From positions 98,778 to 162,777 of the forward strand of contig JAYOSV010000003.1 of the NCBI GenBank assembly GCA_038139415.1: a DNA stretch of 64,000 nucleotides, read 5' to 3'. Both the position numbers and the translations under genes were made by a program. Source of the stretch: Verrucomicrobiales bacterium. GTDB lineage: Bacteria; Verrucomicrobiota; Verrucomicrobiia; Limisphaerales; UBA1100. This document shows, piece after piece, positions 29,736-37,733 of the stretch. The first letter of the stretch is position 1, and the number at the start of each line of letters is the position of its first letter. The notes below the pieces were generated by a model. That model saw only the letters and a list, made by a program, of their open reading frames with translations, was not told the DNA's origin and did not search any database.

Positions 29736-30959
29736 ATGAATCGCATGTTAGTTTTAGTTTCTTTGGTTTTTGTCAGTGTTGTTTCTTCGGCGCAATGGAA
29801 TGAGTTTCGCGGCCCTCAAGGCGAAGGCCATACGGATGCCAAACTGCCGATGGAAGTGACCGCCCAGGGTCATGTCTGGAAAACCCCGATGCTTGGCAAG
29901 GCATGGAGTTCGCCGGTGGTCTGGGATAATCAGGTTTGGTTTACCAATGCGGAGGCAGATGGTCACAAGCTCTGGGCGGTGTGTCTCAATGCCAAGACGG
30001 GCAAGGTGATCCACAACAAACTCGTGTTTGAAATCAAGAGCCCGCAAAAGAGCCCGGTGGCGATGAACAGCTACGCCTCCTGCACGCCGGTGATTGAAGA
30101 AGGCCGGGTATATGTGACTTTCGGTGCGCACGGCACGGCCTGTCTCGACACCAAGACCGCCGAGATCATTTGGCAGCGGCAGGATGATGAACTGACCTGC
30201 GATCATTTCCGGTTGCCGGCCAGTTCGCCGATCCTGCATGGCGGGCGGTTGTATCTGATATTTGACGGCGCCGACCGCCAGTTTGTTGTGGCGCTGGACA
30301 AGGCCACCGGCAAAACGCAATGGCGGCACCAGCGCGCCTTTGAGTTCGGCACGAACAATGGCGACCGCAAAAAGGCTTATGGCACGCCGGCCATCATTAA
30401 GGTAGGCGATCAGGAACAACTCATCGCCCCGGCCGCCGTGGCCACCGAGGCGCTGGACCCGGCCACCGGCAAGTTGCTCTGGACCGCACGCACGGGCGGC
30501 ATGAACGCCAGCGGTCGGCCGGTCTACGGCAACGGCCTCATTTTCATTAATAACGGTATGGGCTCACTTGGCGCCATTCCCGCCGTCGGCGGTGCTGAAC
30601 GTGAAGCAAAATGGAGCACGCGCCGCAACATTCCCAAGAAAGGATCCCTGCTCCTCAAGGGTGAGCACCTTTACATGGTGGCCGATAACGGCGTGGCCAG
30701 TTGTCTGGTCGCCGCTACCGGCGAAGTACTCTGGAGCGAACGGCTTAATGCCGGCGAATTCGCTGCCTCCCCGATCCTCTGCCAGGACCGCATTTACTGC
30801 TTCAGCCTTTCCGGCAAATGTGTCGTTCTGGCCGCTTCGCCTAAGGAATTCAAGGTGCTGGCCCGTGGCGAATTTGAGGACGGCTTCATGGCCACTCCCG
30901 CCGTCACCGGCAACGCCCTGATTTTACGCACCAAATCCGCCGTCTACCGCGTGGAATAA
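29736..30959 (+). CDS. PQQ-binding-like beta-propeller repeat protein
   Basis: QWNEFRGP; SSPVVWD; NSYASCTP; DKATGKTQW; ATPAV; TTGCGT-17-TAGCCT promoter upstream. Confidence 0.88.
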   Translation: MNRMLVLVSLVFVSVVSSAQWNEFRGPQGEGHTDAKLPMEVTAQGHVWKTPMLGKAWSSPVVWDNQVWFTNAEADGHKLWAVCLNAKTGKVIHNKLVFEIKSPQKSPVAMNSYASCTPVIEEGRVYVTFGAHGTACLDTKTAEIIWQRQDDELTCDHFRLPASSPILHGGRLYLIFDGADRQFVVALDKATGKTQWRHQRAFEFGTNNGDRKKAYGTPAIIKVGDQEQLIAPAAVATEALDPATGKLLWTARTGGMNASGRPVYGNGLIFINNGMGSLGAIPAVGGAEREAKWSTRRNIPKKGSLLLKGEHLYMVADNGVASCLVAATGEVLWSERLNAGEFAASPILCQDRIYCFSLSGKCVVLAASPKEFKVLARGEFEDGFMATPAVTGNALILRTKSAVYRVE

Positions 30960-31017
30960 TTCGTTTAAATACTCGCTCAAAATGAACGTCTGAGGTAGTG
31001 TCGTAGGCAGAAGAGCG

Positions 31018-32406
31018 ATGCTGCATTTAACGGATAATTCGGTGAGCCGGCGGAGTTTTCTCTCCGTGGGTAGTCTGGCGCTGGGCGGCGTGGCGTTGCC
31101 TGATTTGTTGCGTGCGCAGGAGACGGTGAAGCAGCTGGGCGGCGTGGCCAAGGATCGGACGGTGGTGTTCCTCTTCATGCACGGCGGGCCGTCACAAACG
31201 GAGACGTTTGATCCCAAGATGGGCGCGCCCTCGGGCATTCGCAGCATGACCGGTGAGATTCCTACGCGGTTGCCGGGAGTGACTTTTGGCGGCACGTTTG
31301 AAAAACTGGCACGGCTGAACGATAAATTTTCCATCGTGCGCTCGTTTACCACGCAGAGTGGCGCGCATGATTCCAAGCCGATCGTCAGCAAACATTCCTA
31401 CAACGCCCAAATCGGCGGGCATTATGCGCGTGTGGCGGGCGGCAGTCATCCGGAGACGGGAATGCCGCGCAACATCTGGCTGCACCCGCAGGCGGTGAAC
31501 CCGGAGGCGACCGACCCGATCATGAAGCTCGGCCGGTTTGATGTCACTGGCCCGTTGGGCCCGGCTTTCGCACCGTTCCAACCGAGTGGCAAGGGGGATT
31601 TCCGGGCGGACATGAAATTGACGGTGAACCCCGCTAGACTGGACGACCGCCAGGCACTGCTTTCGGGATTGGATCAGTTTCGGCGCACGGTGGAGAGCGG
31701 TCGGGCTACTGGCGGACTGGAAAAATTTCAATCGCAGGCATTTGAGACATTGGCTGGCGGGGTCAGCGAGGCGTTTGACATCTCGAAGGAAGATCCCAAG
31801 GTACTGGCCCGCTACGATACGGCCGGCCTGATGGATGTGGAGCGGATCAGTAAACGCTGGAACAACCGGCCGCGTTACCAGAATCACGTGAACAATCTCG
31901 GCAAGCTGATGCTGATGGCGCGGCGGCTGGCCGAGCGCGGCGCGGGCTTTATCACGGTAACCACGGATTTTGTGTGGGATATGCACGCGGACAAGAACAA
32001 CGCGACAATGACCGAGGGTATGCAGTATGTCGGCCGGCCATTTGATCATGCGGTGAGCGCGTTCATTGAGGACGTGGAAGCGCGCGGGTTGCGTGACAAG
32101 ATTTTGCTGGTGTGCTGTGGCGAGATGGGGCGCACGCCCAAGGTGAATGCCAAGGCGGGGCGCGATCACTGGGGCGGCAGTGCACCGTTGATGCTGTATG
32201 GTGGCGACCTGAAGATGGGCCAGGTGATCGGCAGCTCGACCAAGGATGGCGGCGAACCGGCTAGCGATCGTGTGACCATTCCAAATTTATATGCCACGCT
32301 CATGGAGCAGTTGCTGGATACCGGTGCCGTACGCGCCATGGCCGGGATTCCGAATGAGGTGAACACCGTGATCAGCGGGGCCTCCCCGATCAAGCAGCTG
32401 TTGTAA
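31018..32406 (+). CDS. DUF1501 domain protein (Tat-exported)
   Basis: VSRRSFL; HGGPSQTETFDPK; WDMH; GEMGRTP; GRDHW. Confidence 0.92.
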   Translation: MLHLTDNSVSRRSFLSVGSLALGGVALPDLLRAQETVKQLGGVAKDRTVVFLFMHGGPSQTETFDPKMGAPSGIRSMTGEIPTRLPGVTFGGTFEKLARLNDKFSIVRSFTTQSGAHDSKPIVSKHSYNAQIGGHYARVAGGSHPETGMPRNIWLHPQAVNPEATDPIMKLGRFDVTGPLGPAFAPFQPSGKGDFRADMKLTVNPARLDDRQALLSGLDQFRRTVESGRATGGLEKFQSQAFETLAGGVSEAFDISKEDPKVLARYDTAGLMDVERISKRWNNRPRYQNHVNNLGKLMLMARRLAERGAGFITVTTDFVWDMHADKNNATMTEGMQYVGRPFDHAVSAFIEDVEARGLRDKILLVCCGEMGRTPKVNAKAGRDHWGGSAPLMLYGGDLKMGQVIGSSTKDGGEPASDRVTIPNLYATLMEQLLDTGAVRAMAGIPNEVNTVISGASPIKQLL

Positions 32407-32436
32407 CGAATGGCGTAGCCAAGGAGTATTAAGAGT

Positions 32437-33840
32437 ATGTTGACGGTATCGGACATTGCCCCGAATCAAACCTGCGCGGGATTATCGCGCCGGAATTTTC
32501 TGCAGGCGGGTGTGCTGGGCAGTCTGGCGTTGCCGGATTTGCTGGCCAACAGAGCGCTGGCCGCCGAGGCTGGTTTGCACCTGAAAGACAAGTGCGTGGT
32601 GCTTCTCTTTCTGCAGGGCGGCCCGCCGCATATCGAATTTTTCGATCCCAAAATGACCGCGCCGAAGGAGATCCGCTCCATTACCGGTGAGGTGAAAACC
32701 AACATCCCCGGCATCACCTTTGGCGGCACGTTCCCCAAGCTGGCGAAGATGACGGATAAGTTTTCCGTGGTGCGCTCGTACGGCTCAAAGAATGGTGGGC
32801 ACACCTACCATCCGGTGACCGTGGCGGGCAATCCGTTGCAGGCCTCGATGAGCGCGCTCTACGCGCGGGTGGCCGGTACCAATCATCCGGACACCGGAAT
32901 GCCGCGCAACACGCTGGTGTTGCCCGAGGCTATTGATTCGGAGCTGAAGTTGGGGCGTAATTTTGAAACCGGTGCCCTGCCCACGCTGACGCAGGCCGGT
33001 GATCTCGGCGCAAGTTACGCGGCCTTTAACCCCGCCGGTGGCGGGGAGATTAATTCGGACATGCGACTGCAGGTGACACCGGAGCGGCTGGCTGATCGCA
33101 AGGGATTGCTTGGCAGTCTCGACGGACTGCGCCGCGATGTGGATGCCTCGGGCCTGCTGGAGAGCGCGGATAAATATCAGCAACAGGCGTTCGACACCAT
33201 CTCCCGCGGCGTGGCTGATGCGTTTGACTGGACGCAGGAAGATCCTAAGACCATCGCGCGCTACGACACGCGGCCGTTGTTCGACCAGAAAAAACTGCAG
33301 CGTTATTACGACATGAAACGCGCGAGCAACCTGCTGGGCCTGCAGATGCTCATGGCCCGTCGCATGTGCGAAGCCGGTTGCGGTTTTGTGACGGTAAGCG
33401 ATTGCGGCTGGGATTATCACGCAAATAACAATAGCCCGAAATACATGACCGGCGTGTACCCAATGGGTAACCAGGTGGATCATGCGGTGAGCGCGTTCAT
33501 CGAGGACGTGCATCAACGTGGGCTCAGCGAGAAAATTCTGCTCGTGGTCACGGGCGAAATGGGGCGCACACCACGCATCAACAAGAACGGTGGACGCGAT
33601 CATTACGGCAATCTTACGTCGCTCCTGGTTTCCGGTGGCGGTCTGAAGATGGGCCGGATCATTGGCGAGAGCGATCGGCAGGCGGCCGAGCCAGCCACGC
33701 GACCGTACACGCCCAAGCACCTAATGAGCACCATCATGCACACGCTGTTCGACATCGGCGAACTGCGCGTGGCCGACAGCGTGCCCAAGCCGGTGGCCGA
33801 CATTATCACCGGCGGTTCGCCGATCGAGGAGTTGGTTTAG
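32437..33840 (+). CDS. DUF1501 domain protein (Tat-exported), tandem paralogue
   Basis: LSRRNFL; QGGPPHIEFFDPK; WDYH; GEMGRTP; GRDHY; AGGAG upstream. Confidence 0.92.
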   Translation: MLTVSDIAPNQTCAGLSRRNFLQAGVLGSLALPDLLANRALAAEAGLHLKDKCVVLLFLQGGPPHIEFFDPKMTAPKEIRSITGEVKTNIPGITFGGTFPKLAKMTDKFSVVRSYGSKNGGHTYHPVTVAGNPLQASMSALYARVAGTNHPDTGMPRNTLVLPEAIDSELKLGRNFETGALPTLTQAGDLGASYAAFNPAGGGEINSDMRLQVTPERLADRKGLLGSLDGLRRDVDASGLLESADKYQQQAFDTISRGVADAFDWTQEDPKTIARYDTRPLFDQKKLQRYYDMKRASNLLGLQMLMARRMCEAGCGFVTVSDCGWDYHANNNSPKYMTGVYPMGNQVDHAVSAFIEDVHQRGLSEKILLVVTGEMGRTPRINKNGGRDHYGNLTSLLVSGGGLKMGRIIGESDRQAAEPATRPYTPKHLMSTIMHTLFDIGELRVADSVPKPVADIITGGSPIEELV

Positions 33841-34053
33841 GGCACCCCGAAATTGTTTCATTTTCCCGGTGAATAGGGCTCATAATCCGTTCGTCGGTTC
33901 ATTTGTCGTAAAAAACGGCAGAATCACCCGCTTTTCGCGTTGAAAACGATTGCTTTTTCGCCGGTTTTTGCGCACAAATGGGCGGTTTTTGAGGAGGAAA
34001 ACCCACATCACTCTGTCAGCGTAACGCCCCCTTTTGCGTTGGCTTGACAGGGA

Positions 34054-35571
34054 ATGAGCGTACTTACACGGATTTGGCTGCCCGCAACGGTGTTTGCGGT
34101 GTTTCTTTTGGCGTTGTTCAATCGCCAAGAGTTAGTCGATCGGTTTCTGGAAAACGCCAACTTCCTCACGCGCAATTTCGTCGAGTACGGCGTGCAAATT
34201 GGCGTGTGGTTGAGCGCGGCGTTTTTGATAAACCGGTTGGTTGGCGTGCTGTTTTGGGACGGCTTTATCGGCCGGCTCTCGGACCGGCCTGTGCCGCGCC
34301 TGCCGCGTGACCTCACCGCGATGGTGCTCTTCAGCGTCGCCGTGCTGGCGATCATCTCCACCGTTTTTCAACGCGACGTCACCAGCATGCTCGCCGCCTC
34401 CGGCGTGCTCGGTGTGATCATTGGCCTCGCCCTGCGCACAGTGATTCTCGATCTTTTCATGGGCCTGGCCATTCACATCGAGCGACCGTTCAAGATCGGC
34501 GACTGGCTGATGATCCACCAGAACCGTGTGGAGACCCACATTATCGCCGAGGTCATCGAGATCAACTGGCGCACCACGCGGCTGCGCACCACGCGCAACA
34601 ACATGGTCGTGGTGCCCAACAGCAAAATGGGCGACACCATCGTCACCAACTATATGGAGCCCAAACCGCACTTCCGGATTGATCTCGATTTCACCATCGA
34701 TTTCGAGGTGCCGAGTGAGCGGGTGTTGCGCGTGATGACCGCCGGTCTCAAGGCCGTGGCCGATGGCGAAGGCATCCTCGAAGATCCCGCCGCCGAGGTG
34801 CGCATCAAGGATTCCACTCTCGAAGGTGCCGAGTACGAAGTTCGCTTCTTCATCCTGCCCGCCAAGATTTCCCCGAACGAAGCGCGTCACGTGGTGAACC
34901 GCAGTGTGCTCGAGCACCTTATCCATTCCGGCATCACTCCCGCCCATGCCAAGGAGGAGATCTTCCTGCAACGCCGCGAACGCCGCGCGCTCGATGCTTC
35001 TCTCGACGAGGATTTGTACCAGCTCCTCACCCGCACCGAGTTGTTCCGTAAGCTTAACGCCGCCGAATTCGCCGCTGTGTTCCGCGAGATGCGCAAACGC
35101 GACCTCGCCGAGGGCGAGACACTGTATGCGCAGGGCGATGCCGGAGATTCCATGTTCATCTGCGTGGAAGGCCTTCTCGCCAGCGCCATCACCGTGCGCG
35201 GGCAGGGCGAGGTGAAGGTGGAAACGCTGCGGGCCGGCCAGCATTTCGGCGAAGGCTCCATCTTCAAGGCCACCAGCCGCTCCACCACCGTTACCGCCGA
35301 GGCTGATTCACTTGTGTACGAGATCGAACGCCACGTCATTGAGCCGCTGCTCGATGTGCGGCTGGATCTTCGCGAACAGTTGAAGAAGGGCCTCAAGCAG
35401 CAGACCGACCGCATCAAGGACAGCTGGAAGGAAGCCCGGCGCAAGAAAGCCGAGGATCAATCCAAGAAAACCGTGCGCAAATCGCCGGTTAAGAAGGTCG
35501 TGCAGGCCTTCTTCCCCGGCATGTTCGAGGGCGCTAAAGAATCGCAGGAGAAATCAACCAATGAAAAATAG
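34054..35571 (+). CDS. MscS-family mechanosensitive channel fused to a cyclic-nucleotide-binding domain (bCNG-like)
   Basis: N-terminal TM helices; SGVLGVIIGLALR; ERPFKIGDW; EINWRTTRL; VVVPNS; cNMP domain LYAQGDAGDSMF..FGEGSIFKATSRSTTV. Confidence 0.9.
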   Translation: MSVLTRIWLPATVFAVFLLALFNRQELVDRFLENANFLTRNFVEYGVQIGVWLSAAFLINRLVGVLFWDGFIGRLSDRPVPRLPRDLTAMVLFSVAVLAIISTVFQRDVTSMLAASGVLGVIIGLALRTVILDLFMGLAIHIERPFKIGDWLMIHQNRVETHIIAEVIEINWRTTRLRTTRNNMVVVPNSKMGDTIVTNYMEPKPHFRIDLDFTIDFEVPSERVLRVMTAGLKAVADGEGILEDPAAEVRIKDSTLEGAEYEVRFFILPAKISPNEARHVVNRSVLEHLIHSGITPAHAKEEIFLQRRERRALDASLDEDLYQLLTRTELFRKLNAAEFAAVFREMRKRDLAEGETLYAQGDAGDSMFICVEGLLASAITVRGQGEVKVETLRAGQHFGEGSIFKATSRSTTVTAEADSLVYEIERHVIEPLLDVRLDLREQLKKGLKQQTDRIKDSWKEARRKKAEDQSKKTVRKSPVKKVVQAFFPGMFEGAKESQEKSTNEK

Positions 35572-37711
35572 GATCAACCGCAGCCATCTCAAGGCCATTG
35601 TTCTGGCCGTCATCCTCGCTGCCGCTGCCTTAGCCAAGGCCCAGTCGGCCGCGCCATCCACAGGGAGCCGCGTGAAGCCCTGGCTGAAGAATGCTCTGAG
35701 CGAACTCTCCAATCTGCCGGGTGCCGGCACGGCCAATACTAATGTGGTCGTGGCTTCGCGACGCATTACCCTCAGCTACATTGATCCGGCGCGTGCCGTG
35801 CAAATGCTCGCCCTGCACGGCGTTACGATTGGCAAGCCCGAAGCAGCCGTGGACCCAGCCCAGTTACCGGTAGTGTTGGCATTGCCCGGGACGACTAATC
35901 TCGAGACCATTCCCAAGGCCGAAGATAAATTTCCCCAAACAGAAACCGATCCAGCCAACGAACTGGTCGTTTTTCATAACGAGAATGATCCCGCCCAACT
36001 CAGCGGCGTGCTTTCGACACTGGAGAAACATGTGGATCTCCCCGCGCGCCAGATCATCATCGAGGCCATGGTGCTGGAGATTTCCTCCACGGCCCTTAAA
36101 GAGATAGGCGTGAAATGGTCGCGCAGCGGAAACGGGGGAGGGAGTGCCATCACCGATCACACCAGTGCCCTGACGATCGGCACGCTCAAGTATCCGACCT
36201 CCGCTTCGGTCGAGGCGTTGAATCTAACCACGAAGAGCGTTTTCCACAGCATCAACACTCAGATCAAGGCGCTTGTGGCGGAAGGCGAGGCGGAGATTCT
36301 CTCGCGGCCGAGTGTGTTGGCGCTGGATAACCGTATGGCGTACATCAATGTTTCGGAGGATATCCCTGTGGCCAACACCTCGTATGCCCCCGGCAACAAT
36401 TATCAACGCACCAGTTTTGAAACCAAAAAGGCCGGCATCTCGCTGACGCTGCGCCCGCGCGTGAGCAGTAATGGCGAGGAGGTCAGTATGCAGGTCAACG
36501 CTGAGGTCACCGCCAAGGTGCCTGATTCGGATGTGCAGGTATTGGGCGGAGCCGGTGGCACAACAGTGCTGGCAAGTGCGCCTACTATTTCCAAACGCGA
36601 AGTGAAGACCTACGCCCGCGTGTCCAACAACACGCCGTTTATCATCGGTGGCCTGATCGCCAAGGATAAGCAAAGTAAGGTGGAGAAGGTACCGTTGCTC
36701 GGTAGTTTGCCGATTTTGGGGCCGCTATTTCAAAGCAGTAAAAATAACACTGTGAAACGCGAAGTGATCATCGTGCTCACACCGTTTGTCCTGCCGGAGG
36801 AACATGTGATCGGCAAAAATATGCCGATGGATGAGGATAATTTCGACAGCGTCGGTCATCAATTGTTCCGCGATGCCTACCGGATCCGCGCTGAAGACAC
36901 CTTTGACCTAAATTACCTCTACGAAAACAAACAGCTTCAACGCATGAAACAACTGGCCGATCGGATCGTGGCCGGTAATCGCCCGTTGGCCACCGAATAT
37001 CCCTACCGGCATTTCTACGGCAAGGCCGTGCCGGGCGAGAGTATCCTGTGTTACCGCCAGATTTATGAGGTGCTTAAGCGGCGCGACCTCCAGAAGAATC
37101 TCGATGAAACCAAGATCATCTTTTTCGAGGCCGATGAAAACATTCAATCCGGCCATCGCGTGCAGTTTCTGGACGCCTTCCTGCGCGCTAAGGCGCCGGC
37201 GGTTTTAACCGATCAAGGCGGGCAACAGGCCGTGGCTTTGACCTATACCATGCAGCGTTTTTCGGATGACCCGGCTTCCATTTTTAATGAACCGACTCCA
37301 TCCGTACAGTTGTTGAATTGCTCGAATGAAAAGGAATGGAGCCAAAAGCTTTGGGAACTGAACCGACCTACGGCCGAGCAGCAAGAGCAATACACTGTAC
37401 TGTTGCGTCGCAAAAAGGATGTGGAACGTCTCAAGTACGCCATCTTGATGAAGAAGACGGTGGAGATGAACACCGAAAAACTCGTCTTGAGCCTGAGCAA
37501 TTTTACCCGCGGGCGCCTGCTGCTCATGCCGCGTGTCACGCCCAAGGATATCGAACTGGTCGATGGTGATGTCGCTCGCGCGTTTTTCTATTCGGAGATG
37601 TATTATCAGGCCCTGCAGGTGGAGATGGAAAAAGACATCGCCGCCTTCCGGAAAGTCATCGAGGAGAAGGATCATTTGAAACAACTGATAACCCCCGCGC
37701 CGCGTCCTTGA
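35561..37711 (+). CDS. Outer-membrane secretin (GspD/PilQ superfamily) with long C-terminal extension
   Basis: Signal peptide; DLPARQIIIEAMVLEIS; ILSRPSVLALDN; GISLTLRPRV; REVKT; IIGGLI; KVPLLGSLPILGPLF; REVIIVLTP. Confidence 0.9.
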   Translation: MKNRINRSHLKAIVLAVILAAAALAKAQSAAPSTGSRVKPWLKNALSELSNLPGAGTANTNVVVASRRITLSYIDPARAVQMLALHGVTIGKPEAAVDPAQLPVVLALPGTTNLETIPKAEDKFPQTETDPANELVVFHNENDPAQLSGVLSTLEKHVDLPARQIIIEAMVLEISSTALKEIGVKWSRSGNGGGSAITDHTSALTIGTLKYPTSASVEALNLTTKSVFHSINTQIKALVAEGEAEILSRPSVLALDNRMAYINVSEDIPVANTSYAPGNNYQRTSFETKKAGISLTLRPRVSSNGEEVSMQVNAEVTAKVPDSDVQVLGGAGGTTVLASAPTISKREVKTYARVSNNTPFIIGGLIAKDKQSKVEKVPLLGSLPILGPLFQSSKNNTVKREVIIVLTPFVLPEEHVIGKNMPMDEDNFDSVGHQLFRDAYRIRAEDTFDLNYLYENKQLQRMKQLADRIVAGNRPLATEYPYRHFYGKAVPGESILCYRQIYEVLKRRDLQKNLDETKIIFFEADENIQSGHRVQFLDAFLRAKAPAVLTDQGGQQAVALTYTMQRFSDDPASIFNEPTPSVQLLNCSNEKEWSQKLWELNRPTAEQQEQYTVLLRRKKDVERLKYAILMKKTVEMNTEKLVLSLSNFTRGRLLLMPRVTPKDIELVDGDVARAFFYSEMYYQALQVEMEKDIAAFRKVIEEKDHLKQLITPAPRP

Positions 37712-37733
37712 GCGGCCGGAACAAAGGAATAAC

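Noticed and set aside
34132..35244. Long antisense ORFs (370 aa here; also 2878-3747, 5232-6164, 31192-32169, 32785-33720)
   Set aside because: Shadow frames opposite well-supported genes, typical of high-GC codon bias, with no recognisable motifs.
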